Shown here in pieces: positions 1 to 13,200 of a stretch of DNA of 64,000 bases. Every line of letters begins with the position of its first letter. The stretch's first letter is position 1. Made by a program: the position numbers and the translations under genes. Location of the stretch: NCBI RefSeq assembly GCF_037042905.1, contig NC_087252.1, positions 11,348,001-11,412,000 of the forward strand. Direction: 5' to 3'. Source of the DNA: Lytechinus pictus. Lineage: Eukaryota. The notes beneath the pieces are model-generated. The model made no database searches and was not told the origin of the DNA. It saw only the letters and a list, made by a program, of their open reading frames with translations.

Positions 1-156
1 TGCCCCGAAAGGTCGGGGTGCATTGCCGAAAATATCGCGCGAGCTGTTATGGCGTGCTATATATTATGTACGTGTATTCCAACTATTCCACTTTGGTTTG
101 GTAATAAATTCGCCGCTAATCGAAATCACCTTTTTATGTCTTGAAAATGAAGCAAA

Positions 157-3100
157 TTGATCTTCATTAATCATTCCATCGATCTAGGGGTGAACATTGG
201 TGCACAGAAAAGGGGGACGGGGTCTACGGTGCCCCGAAAGGTCGGGGTGCATTGCCGAAAATATCGCGCGAGCTGTTATGGCGTGCTATATATTATGTAC
301 GTGTATTCCAACTATTCCAGTTTGGTGGCCGGGGGCTGGTAATAAATTCGCCGCTAATCGAAATCAACTTTTTATGTCTTGAAAATCAGCGAAATTGATC
401 TTTATTAGGCATCCCATCGATTTAGGGGTGAACATTGGTGCACAGAAAAGGGGGACGGGGTCTACGGTGCCCCGAAAGGTCGGGGTGCATTGCCGAAAAT
501 ATCGCGCGAGCTGTTATGGCGTGCTATATATTATGTACGTGTATTCCAACTATTCCACTTTGGTGGCCGGGGGCTGGTAATAAATTCGCCGCTAATCGAA
601 ATCACCTTTTTATGTCTTGAAAATAAGCGAAATTGATCTTTATTAGTCAATCCATCGATTTAGGGGTGAACATTGGTGCACAGAAAAGGGGGACGGGGTC
701 TACGGTGCCCCGAAAGGTCGGGGTGCATTGCCGAAAATATCGCGCGAGCTGTTATGGCGTGCTATATATTATGTACGTGTATTCCAACTATTCCACTTTG
801 GTGGCCGGGGGCTGGTAATAAATTCGCCGCTAATCGAAATCACCTTTTTATGTCTTGAAAATAGGCGAAATTGATCTTTATTAGTCATTCCATCGATTTA
901 GGGGTGAACATTGGTGCACAGAAAAGGGGGACGGGGTCTACGATGCCCCGAAAGGTAGGGGGTGCATGGACGAAAATGCTATGTATTATATACGTGTATT
1001 CCAACAATTCCACTTTGGTTTGGTAATAAATTCGCCGCTAATCGAAATCACCTTTTTATGTCTTGAAAATGAAGCAAATTGATCTTCATTAATCATTCCA
1101 TCGATCTAGGGGTGAACATTGGTGCACAGAAAAGGGGGACGGGGTCTACGGTGCCCCGAAAGGTCGGGGTGCATTGCCGAAAATATCGCGCGAGCTGTTA
1201 TGGCGTGCTATATATTATGTACGTGTATTCCAACTATTCCACTTTGGTTTGGTAATAAATTCGCCGCTAATCGAAATCACCTTTTTATGTCTTGAAAATG
1301 AAGCAAATTGATCTTCATTAATCATTCCATCGATCTAGGGGTGAACATTGGTGCACAGAAAAGGGGGACGGGGTCTACGGTGCCCCGAAAGGTCGGGGTG
1401 CATTGCCGAAAATATCGCGCGAGCTGTTATGGCGTGCTATATATTATGTACGTGTATTCCAACTATTCCACTTTGGTTTGGTAATAAATTCGCCGCTAAT
1501 CGAAATCACCTTTTTATGTCTTGAAAATGAAGCAAATTGATCTTCATTAATCATTCCATCGATCTAGGGGTGAACATTGGTGCACAGAAAAGGGGGACGG
1601 GGTCTACGGTGCCCCGAAAGGTCGGGGTGCATTGCCGAAAATATCGCGCGAGCTGTTATGGCGTGCTATATATTATGTACGTGTATTCCAACTATTCCAG
1701 TTTGGTGGCCGGGGGCTGGTAATAAATTCGCCGCTAATCGAAATCAACTTTTTATGTCTTGAAAATCAGCGAAATTGATCTTTATTAGGCATCCCATCGA
1801 TTTAGGGGTGAACATTGGTGCACAGAAAAGGGGGACGGGGTCTACGGTGCCCCGAAAGGTCGGGGTGCATTGCCGAAAATATCGCGCGAGCTGTTATGGC
1901 GTGCTATATATTATGTACGTGTATTCCAACTATTCCACTTTGGTGGCCGGGGGCTGGTAATAAATTCGCCGCTAATCGAAATCACCTTTTTATGTCTTGA
2001 AAATAAGCGAAATTGATCTTTATTAGTCATTCCATCGATTTAGGGGTGAACATTGGTGCACAGAAAAGGGGGACGGGGTCTACGGTGCCCCGAAAGGTCG
2101 GGGTGCATTGCCGAAAATATCGCGCGAGCTGTTATGGCGTGCTATATATTATGTACGTGTATTCCAACTATTCCACTTTGGTGGCCGGGGGCTGGTAATA
2201 AATTCGCCGCTAATCGAAATCACCTTTTTATGTCTTGAAAATAGGCGAAATTGATCTTTATTAGTCATTCCATCGATTTAGGGGTGAACATTGGTGCACA
2301 GAAAAGGGGGACGGGGTCTACGATGCCCCGAAAGGTAGGGGGTGCATGGACGAAAATGCTATGTATTATATACGTGTATTCCAACAATTCCACTTTGGTT
2401 TGGTAATAAATTCGCCGCTAATCGAAATCACCTTTTTATGTCTTGAAAATGAAGCAAATTGATCTTCATTAATCATTCCATCGATCTAGGGGTGAACATT
2501 GGTGCACAGAAAAGGGGGACGGGGTCTACGGTGCCCCGAAAGGTCGGGGGGCATTGCCGAAAATATCGCGCGAGCTGTTATGGCGTGCTATATATTATGT
2601 ACGTGTATTCCAACTATTCCACTTTGGTTTGGTAATAAATTCGCCGCTAATCGAAATCACCTTTTTATGTCTTGAAAATGAAGCAAATTGATCTTCATTA
2701 ATCATTCCATCGATCTAGGGGTGAACATTGGTGCACAGAAAAGGGGGACGGGGTCTACGGTGCCCCGAAAGGTCGGGGTGCATTGCCGAAAATATCGCGC
2801 GAGCTGTTATGGCGTGCTATATATTATGTACGTGTATTCCAACTATTCCAGTTTGGTGGCCGGGGGCTGGTAATAAATTCGCCGCTAATCGAAATCAACT
2901 TTTTATGTCTTGAAAATCAGCGAAATTGATCTTTATTAGGCATCCCATCGATTTAGGGGTGAACATTGGTGCACAGAAAAGGGGGACGGGGTCTACGGTG
3001 CCCCGAAAGGTCGGGGTGCATTGCCGAAAATATCGCGCGAGCTGTTATGGCGTGCTATATATTATGTACGTGTATTCCAACTATTCCACTTTGGTGGCCG

Positions 3101-6100
3101 GGGGCTGGTAATAAATTCGCCGCTAATCGAAATCACCTTTTTATGTCTTGAAAATAAGCGAAATTGATCTTTATTAGTCATTCCATCGATTTAGGGGTGA
3201 ACATTGGTGCACAGAAAAGGGGGACGGGGTCTACGGTGCCCCGAAAGGTCGGGGTGCATTGCCGAAAATATCGCGCGAGCTGTTATGGCGTGCTATATAT
3301 TATGTACGTGTATTCCAACTATTCCACTTTGGTGGCCGGGGGCTGGTAATAAATTCGCCGCTAATCGAAATCACCTTTTTATGTCTTGAAAATAGGCGAA
3401 ATTGATCTTTATTAGTCATTCCATCGATTTAGGGGTGAACATTGGTGCACAGAAAAGAGGGACGGGGTCTACGATGCCCCGAAAGGTAGGGGGTGCATGG
3501 ACGAAAATGCTATGTATTATATACGTGTATTCCAACAATTCCACTTTGGTTTGGTAATAAATTCGCCGCTAATCGAAATCACCTTTTTATGTCTTGAAAA
3601 TGAAGCAAATTGATCTTCATTAATCATTCCATCGATCTAGGGGTGAACATTGGTGCACAGAAAAGGGGGACGGGGTCTACGGTGCCCCGAAAGGTCGGGG
3701 TGCATTGCCGAAAATATCGCGCGAGCTGTTATGGCGTGCTATATATTATGTACGTGTATTCCAACTATTCCACTTTGGTTTGGTAATAAATTCGCCGCTA
3801 ATCGAAATCACCTTTTTATGTCTTGAAAATGAAGCAAATTGATCTTCATTAATCATTCCATCGATCTAGGGGTGAACATTGGTGCACAGAAAAGGGGGAC
3901 GGGGTCTACGGGGCCCCGAAAGGTCGGGGTGCATTACCGAAAATATCGCGCGAGCTGTTATGGCGTGCTATATATTATGTACGTGTATTCCAACTATTCC
4001 AGTTTGGTGGCCGGGGGCTGGTAATAAATTCGCCGCTAATCGAAATCAACTTTTTATGTCTTGAAAATCAGCGAAATTGATCTTTATTAGGCATCCCATC
4101 GATTTAGGGGTGAACATTGGTGCACAGAAAAGGGGGACGGGGTCTACGGTGCCCCGAAAGGTCGGGGTGCATTGCCGAAAATATCGCGCGAGCTGTTATG
4201 GCGTGCTATATATTATGTACGTGTATTCCAACTATTCCACTTTGGTGGCCGGGGGCTGGTAATAAATTCGCCGCTAATCGAAATCACCTTTTTATGTCTT
4301 GAAAATAAGCGAAATTGATCTTTATTAGTCATTCCATCGATTTAGGGGTGAACATTGGTGCACAGAAAAGGGGGACGGGGTCTACGGTGCCCCGAAAGGT
4401 CGGGGTGCATTGCCGAAAATATCGCGCGAGCTGTTATGGCGTGCTATATATTATGTACGTGTATTCCAACTATTCCACTTTGGTGGCCGGGGGCTGGTAA
4501 TAAATTCGCCGCTAATCGAAATCACCTTTTTATGTCTTGAAAATAGGCGAAATTGATCTTTATTAGTCATTCCATCGATTTAGGGGTGAACATTGGTGCA
4601 CAGAAAAGGGGGACGGGGTCTACGATGCCCCGAAAGGTAGGGGGTGCATGGACGAAAATGCTATGTATTATATACGTGTATTCCAACAATTCCACTTTGG
4701 TTTGGTAATAAATTCGCCGCTAATCGAAATCACCTTTTTATGTCTTGAAAATGAAGCAAATTGATCTTCATTAATCATTCCATCGATCTAGGGGTGAACA
4801 TTGGTGCACAGAAAAGGGGGACGGGGTCTACGGTGCCCCGAAAGGTCGGGGTGCATTGCCGAAAATATCGCGCGAGCTGTTATGGCGTGCTATATATTAT
4901 GTACGTGTATTCCAACTATTCCACTTTGGTTTGGTAATAAATTCGCCGCTAATCGAAATCACCTTTTTATGTCTTGAAAATGAAGCAAATTGATCTTCAT
5001 TAATCATTCCATCGATCTAGGGGTGAACATTGGTGCACAGAAAAGGGGGACGGGGTCTACGGGGCCCCGAAAGGTCGGGGTGCATTGCCGAAAATATCGC
5101 GCGAGCTGTTATGGCGTGCTATATATTATGTACGTGTATTCCAACTATTCCAGTTTGGTGGCCGGGGGCTGGTAATAAATTCGCCGCTAATCGAAATCAA
5201 CTTTTTATGTCTTGAAAATCAGCGAAATTGATCTTTATTAGGCATCCCATCGATTTAGGGGTGAACATTGGTGCACAGAAAAGGGGGACGGGGTCTACGG
5301 TGCCCCGAAAGGTCGGGGTGCATTGCCGAAAATATCGCGCGAGCTGTTATGGCGTGCTATATATTATGTACGTGTATTCAAACTATTCCACTTTGGTGGC
5401 CGGGGGCTGGTAATAAATTCGCCGCTAATCGAAATCACCTTTTTATGTCTTGAAAATAAGCGAAATTGATCTTTATTAGTCATTCCATCGATTTAGGGGT
5501 GAACATTGGTGCACAGAAAAGGGGGACGGGGTCTACGGTGCCCCGAAAGGTCGGGGTGCATTGCCGAAAATATCGCGCGAGCTGTTATGGCGTGCTATAT
5601 ATTATGTACGTGTATTCCAACTATTCCACTTTGGTGGCCGGGGGCTGGTAATAAATTCGCCGCTAATCGAAATCACCTTTTTATGTCTTGAAAATAGGCG
5701 AAATTGATCTTTATTAGTCATTCCATCGATTTAGGGGTGAACATTGGTGCACAGAAAAGGGGGACGGGGTCTACGATGCCCCGAAAGGTAGGGGGTGCAT
5801 GGACGAAAATGCTATGTATTATATACGTGTATTCCAACAATTCCACTTTGGTTTGGTAATAAATTCGCCGCTAATCGAAATCACCTTTTTATGTCTTGAA
5901 AATGAAGCAAATTGATCTTCATTAATCATTCCATCGATCTAGGGGTGAACATTGGTGCACAGAAAAGGGGGACGGGGTCTACGGTGCCCCGAAAGGTCGG
6001 GGTGCATTGCCGAAAATATCGCGCGAGCTGTTATGGCGTGCTATATATTATGTACGTGTATTCCAACTATTCCACTTTGGTTTGGTAATAAATTCGCCGC

Positions 6101-7292
6101 TAATCGAAATCACCTTTTTATGTCTTGAAAATGAAGCAAATTGATCTTCATTAATCATTTCATCGATCTAGGGGTGAACATTGGTGCACAGAAAAGGGGG
6201 ACGGGGTCTACGGTGCCCCGAAAGGTCGGGGTGCATTGCCGAAAATATCGCGCGAGCTGTTATGGCGTGCTATATATTATGTACGTGTATTCCAACTATT
6301 CCAGTTTGGTGGCCGGGGGCTGGTAATAAATTCGCCGCTAATCGAAATCAACTTTTTATGTCTTGAAAATCAGCGAAATTGATCTTTATTAGGCATCCCA
6401 TCGATTTAGGGGTGAACATTGGTGCACAGAAAAGGGGGACGGGGTCTACGGTGCCCCGAAAGGTCGGGGTGCATTGCCGAAAATATCGCGCGAGCTGTTA
6501 TGGCGTGCTATATATTATGTACGTGTATTCCAACTATTCCACTTTGGTGGCCGGGGGCTGGTAATAAATTCGCCGCTAATCGAAATCACCTTTTTATGTC
6601 TTGAAAATAAGCGAAATTGATCTTTATTAGTCATTCCATCGATTTAGGGGTGAACATTGGTGCACAGAAAAGGGGGACGGGGTCTACGGTGCCCCGAAAG
6701 GTCGGGGTGCATTGCCGAAAATATCGCGCGAGCTGTTATGGCGTGCTATATATTATGTACGTGTATTCCAACTATTCCACTTTGGTGGCCGGGGGCTGGT
6801 AATAAATTCGCCGCTAATCGAAATCACCTTTTTATGTCTTGAAAATAGGCGAAATTGATCTTTATTAGTCATTCCATCGATTTAGGGGTGAACATTGGTG
6901 CACAGAAAAGGGGGACGGGGTCTACGATGCCCCGAAAGGTAGGGGGTGCATGGACGAAAATGCTATGTATTATATACGTGTATTCCAACAATTCCACTTT
7001 GGTTTGGTAATAAATTCGCCGCTAATCGAAATCACCTTTTTATGTCTTGAAAATGAAGCAAATTGATCTTCATTAATCATTCCATCGATCTAGGGGTGAA
7101 CATTGGTGCACAGAAAAGGGGGACGGGGTCTACGGTGCCCCGAAAGGTCGGGGTGCATTGCCGAAAATATCGCGCGAGCTGTTATGGCGTGCTATATATT
7201 ATGTACGTGTATTCCAACTATTCCACTTTGGTTTGGTAATAAATTCGCCGCTAATCGAAATCACCTTTTTTATGTCTTGAAAATGAAGCAAA
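157..7292 (+). repeat. 5-mer HOR domain, 1,151 bp (A238-B238-C238-D208-E229)
   Basis: A-type monomers start at 1537, 2688, 3839, 4990, 6141 (step 1,151) and 7293 (1,152, one extra T near 7270). The first unit 157-1536 is 1,380 bp because E is doubled. Types differ by head (A/E CATTAATCATTCC, B TATTAGGCATCCC, C/D TATTAGTCATTCC), a 9-bp indel and the D deletion. Confidence 0.95.
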
Positions 7293-10200
7293 TTGATCTT
7301 CATTAATCATTCCATCGATCTAGGGGTGAACATTGGTGCACAGAAAAGGGGGACGGGGTCTACGGGGCCCCGAAAGGTCGGGGTGCATTGCCGAAAATAT
7401 CGCGCGAGCTGTTATGGCGTGCTATATATTATGTACGTGTATTCCAACTATTCCAGTTTGGTGGCCGGGGGCTGGTAATAAATTCGCCGCTAATCGAAAT
7501 CACCTTTTTATGTCTTGAAAATCAGCGAAATTGATCTTTATTAGGCATCCCATCGATTTAGGGGTGAACATTGGTGCACAGAAAAGGGGGACGGGGTCTA
7601 CGGTGCCCCGAAAGGTCGGGGTGCATTGCCGAAAATATCGCGCGAGCTGTTATGGCGTGCTATATATTATGTACGTGTATTCCAACTATTCCACTTTGGT
7701 GGCCGGGGGCTGGTAATAAATTCGCCGCTAATCGAAATCACCTTTTTATGTCTTGAAAATAAGCGAAATTGATCTTTATTAGTCATTCCATCGATTTAGG
7801 GGTGAACATTGGTGCACAGAAAAGGGGGACGGGGTCTACGATGCCCCGAAAGGTAGGGGGTGCATGGACGAAAATGCTATGTATTATATACGTGTATTCC
7901 AACAATTCCACTTTGGTTTGGTAATAAATTCGCCGCTAATCGAAATCACCTTTTTATGTCTTGAAAATGAAGCAAATTGATCTTCATTAATCATTCCATC
8001 GATCTAGGGGTGAACATTGGTGCACAGAAAAGGGGGACGGGGTCTACGGTGCCCCGAAAGGTCGGGGTGCATTGCCGAAAATATCGCGCGAGCTGTTATG
8101 GCGTGCTATATATTATGTACGTGTATTCCAACTATTCCACTTTGGTTTGGTAATAAATTCGCCGCTAATCGAAATCACCTTTTTATGTCTTGAAAATGAA
8201 GCAAATTGATCTTCATTAATCATTCCATCGATCTAGGGGTGAACATTGGTGCACAGAAAAGGGGGACGGGGTCTACGGTGCCCCGAAAGGTCGGGGTGCA
8301 TTGCCGAAAATATCGCGCGAGCTGTTATGGCGTGCTATATATTATGTACGTGTATTCCAACTATTCCAGTTTGGTGGCCGGGGGCTGGTAATAAATTCGC
8401 CGCTAATCGAAATCAACTTTTTATGTCTTGAAAATCAGCGAAATTGATCTTTATTAGGCATCCCATCGATTTAGGGGTGAACATTGGTGCACAGAAAAGG
8501 GGGACGGGGTCTACGGTGCCCCGAAAGGTCGGGGTGCATTGCCGAAAATATCGCGCGAGCTGTTATGGCGTGCTATATATTATGTACGTGTATTCCAACT
8601 ATTCCACTTTGGTGGCCGGGGGCTGGTAATAAATTCGCCGCTAATCGAAATCACCTTTTTATGTCTTGAAAATAAGCGAAATTGATCTTTATTAGTCATT
8701 CCATCGATTTAGGGGTGAACATTGGTGCACAGAAAAGGGGGACGGGGTCTACGGTGCCCCGAAAGGTCGGGGTGCATTGCCGAAAATATCGCGCGAGCTG
8801 TTATGGCGTGCTATATATTATGTACGTGTATTCCAACTATTCCACTTTGGTGGCCGGGGGCTGGTAATAAATTCGCCGCTAATCGAAATCACCTTTTTAT
8901 GTCTTGAAAATAGGCGAAATTGATCTTTATTAGTCATTCCATCGATTTAGGGGTGAACATTGGTGCACAGAAAAGGGGGACGGGGTCTACGATGCCCCGA
9001 AAGGTAGGGGGTGCATGGACGAAAATGCTATGTATTATATACGTGTATTCCAACAATTCCACTTTGGTTTGGTAATAAATTCGCCGCTAATCGAAATCAC
9101 CTTTTTATGTCTTGAAAATGAAGCAAATTGATCTTCATTAATCATTCCATCGATCTAGGGGTGAACATTGGTGCACAGAAAAGGGGGACGGGGTCTACGG
9201 TGCCCCGAAAGGTCGGGGTGCATTGCCGAAAATATCGCGCGAGCTGTTATGGCGTGCTATATATTATGTACGTGTATTCCAACTATTCCACTTTGGTTTG
9301 GTAATAAATTCGCCGCTAATCGAAATCACCTTTTTATGTCTTGAAAATGAAGCAAATTGATCTTCATTAATCATTCCATCGATCTAGGGGTGAACATTGG
9401 TGCACAGAAAAGGGGGACGGGGTCTACGGGGCCCCGAAAGGTCGGGGTGCATTGCCGAAAATATCGCGCGAGCTGTTATGGCGTGCTATATATTATGTAC
9501 GTGTATTCCAACTATTCCACTTTGGTTTGGTAATAAATTCGCCGCTAATCGAAATCACCTTTTTATGTCTTGAAAATCAGCGAAATTGATCTTTATTAGG
9601 CATCCCATCGATTTAGGGGTGAACATTGGTGCACAGAAAAGGGGGACGGGGTCTACGGTGCCCCGAAAGGTCGGGGTGCATTGCCGAAAATATCGCGCGA
9701 GCTGTTATGGCGTGCTATATATTATGTACGTGTATTCCAACTATTCCACTTTGGTGGCCGGGGGCTGGTAATAAATTCGCCGCTAATCGAAATCACCTTT
9801 TTATGTCTTGAAAATAGGCGAAATTGATCTTTATTAGTCATTCCATCGATTTAGGGGTGAACATTGGTGCACAGAAAAGGGGGACGGGGTCTACGATGCC
9901 CCGAAAGGTAGGGGGTGCATGGACGAAAATGCTATGTATTATATACGTGTATTCCAACAATTCCACTTTGGTTTGGTAATAAATTCGCCGCTAATCGAAA
10001 TCACCTTTTTATGTCTTGAAAATGAAGCAAATTGATCTTCATTAATCATTCCATCGATCTAGGGGTGAACATTGGTGCACAGAAAAGGGGGACGGGGTCT
10101 ACGGTGCCCCGAAAGGTCGGGGTGCATTGCCGAAAATATCGCGCGAGCTGTTATGGCGTGCTATATATTATGTACGTGTATTCCAACTATTCCACTTTGG

Positions 10201-13200
10201 TTTGGTAATAAATTCGCCGCTAATCGAAATCACCTTTTTATGTCTTGAAAATGAAGCAAATTGATCTTCATTAATCATTCCATCGATCTAGGGGTGAACA
10301 TTGGTGCACAGAAAAGGGGGACGGGGTCTACGGTGCCCCGAAAGGTCGGGGTGCATTGCCGAAAATATCGCGCGAGCTGTTATGGCGTGCTATATATTAT
10401 GTACGTGTATTCCAACTATTCCAGTTTGGTGGCCGGGGGCTGGTAATAAATTCGCCGCTAATCGAAATCAACTTTTTATGTCTTGAAAATCAGCGAAATT
10501 GATCTTTATTAGGCATCCCATCGATTTAGGGGTGAACATTGGTGCACAGAAAAGGGGGACGGGGTCTACGGTGCCCCGAAAGGTCGGGGTGCATTGCCGA
10601 AAATATCGCGCGAGCTGTTATGGCGTGCTATATATTATGTACGTGTATTCCAACTATTCCACTTTGGTGGCCGGGGGCTGGTAATAAATTCGCCGCTAAT
10701 CGAAATCACCTTTTTATGTCTTGAAAATAAGCGAAATTGATCTTTATTAGTCATTCCATCGATTTAGGGGTGAACATTGGTGCACAGAAAAGGGGGACGG
10801 GGTCTACGGTGCCCCGAAAGGTCGGGGTGCATTGCCGAAAATATCGCGCGAGCTGTTATGGCGTGCTATATATTATGTACGTGTATTCCAACTATTCCAC
10901 TTTGGTGGCCGGGGGCTGGTAATAAATTCGCCGCTAATCGAAATCACCTTTTTATGTCTTGAAAATAGGCGAAATTGATCTTTATTAGTCATTTCATCGA
11001 TTTAGGGGTGAACATTGGTGCACAGAAAAGGGGGACGGGGTCTACGATGCCCCGAAAGGTAGGGGGTGCATGGACGAAAATGCTATGTATTATATACGTG
11101 TATTCCAACAATTCCACTTTGGTTTGGTAATAAATTCGCCGCTAATCGAAATCACCTTTTTATGTCTTGAAAATGAAGCAAATTGATCTTCATTAATCAT
11201 TCCATCGATCTAGGGGTGAACATTGGTGCACAGAAAAGGGGGACGGGGTCTACGGTGCCCCGAAAGGTCGGGGTGCATTGCCGAAAATATCGCGCGAGCT
11301 GTTATGGCGTGCTATATATTATGTACGTGTATTCCAACTATTCCACTTTGGTTTGGTAATAAATTCGCCGCTAATCGAAATCACCTTTTTATGTCTTGAA
11401 AATGAAACAAATTGATCTTCATTAATCATTCCATCGATCTAGGGGTGAACATTGGTGCACAGAAAAGGGGGACGGGGTCTACGGTGCCCCGAAAGGTCGG
11501 GGTGCATTGCCGAAAATATCGCGCGAGCTGTTATGGCGTGCTATATATTATGTACGTGTATTCCAACTATTCCAGTTTGGTGGCCGGGGGCTGGTAATAA
11601 ATTCGCCGCTAATCGAAATCACCTTTTTATGTCTTGAAAATCAGCGAAATTGATCTTTATTAGGCATCCCATCGATTTAGGGGTGAACATTGGTGCACAG
11701 AAAAGGGGGACGGGGTCTACGGTGCCCCGAAAGGTCGGGGTGCATTGCCGAAAATATCGCGCGAGCTGTTATGGCGTGCTATATATTATGTACGTGTATT
11801 CCAACTATTCCACTTTGGTGGCCGGGGGCTGGTAATAAATTCGCCGCTAATCGAAATCACCTTTTTATGTCTTGAAAATAAGCGAAATTGATCTTTATTA
11901 GTCATTCCATCGATTTAGGGGTGAACATTGGTGCACAGAAAAGGGGGACGGGGTCTACGATGCCCCGAAAGGTAGGGGGTGCATGGACGAAAATGCTATG
12001 TATTATATACGTGTATTCCAACAATTCCACTTTGGTTTGGTAATAAATTCGCCGCTAATCGAAATCACCTTTTTATGTCTTGAAAATGAAGCAAATTGAT
12101 CTTCATTAATCATTCCATCGATCTAGGGGTGAACATTGGTGCACAGAAAAGGGGGACGGGGTCTACGGTGCCCCGAAAGGTCGGGGTGCATTGCCGAAAA
12201 TATCGCGCGAGCTGTTATGGCGTGCTATATATTATGTACGTGTATTCCAACTATTCCACTTTGGTTTGGTAATAAATTCGCCGCTAATCGAAATCACCTT
12301 TTTATGTCTTGAAAATGAAGCAAATTGATCTTCATTAATCATTCCATCGATCTAGGGGTGAACATTGGTGCACAGAAAAGGGGGACGGGGTCTACGGTGC
12401 CCCGAAAGGTCGGGGTGCATTGCCGAAAATATCGCGCGAGCTGTTATGGCGTGCTATATATTATGTACGTGTATTCCAACTATTCCAGTTTGGTGGCCGG
12501 GGGCTGGTAATAAATTCGCCGCTAATCGAAATCACCTTTTTATGTCTTGAAAATCAGCGAAATTGATCTTTATTAGGCATCCCATCGATTTAGGGGTGAA
12601 CATTGGTGCACAGAAAAGGGGGACGGGGTCTACGGTGCCCCGAAAGGTCGGGGTGCATTGCCGAAAATATCGCGCGAGCTGTTATGGCGTGCTATATATT
12701 ATGTACGTGTATTCCAACTATTCCACTTTGGTGGCCGGGGGCTGGTAATAAATTCGCCGCTAATCGAAATCACCTTTTTATGTCTTGAAAATCAGCGAAA
12801 TTGATCTTTATTAGTCATTCCATCGATTTAGGGGTGAACATTGGTGCACAGAAAAGGGGGACGGGGTCTACGGTGCCCCGAAAGGTCGGGGTGCATTGCC
12901 GAAAATATCGCGCGAGCTGTTATGGCGTGCTATATATTATGTACGTGTATTCCAACTATTCCACTTTGGTGGCCGGGGGCTGGTAATAAATTCGCCGCTA
13001 ATCGAAATCACCTTTTTATGTCTTGAAAATAGGCGAAATTGATCTTTATTAGTCATTCCATCGATTTAGGGGTGAACATTGGTGCACAGAAAAGGGGGAC
13101 GGGGTCTACGATGCCCCGAAAGGTAGGGGGTGCATGGACGAAAATGCTATGTATTATATACGTGTATTCCAACAATTCCACTTTGGTTTGGTAATAAATT

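Noticed and set aside
104..171. Phased A-tracts causing intrinsic curvature
   Set aside because: Tract spacings are irregular (about 10-13 bp), so the claim cannot be supported without curvature modelling.
157..394. CENP-B box
   Set aside because: The TTCG sites checked on both strands do not fit TTCGnnnnAnnCGGG; GTTGGAA on the minus strand matches only non-essential positions.
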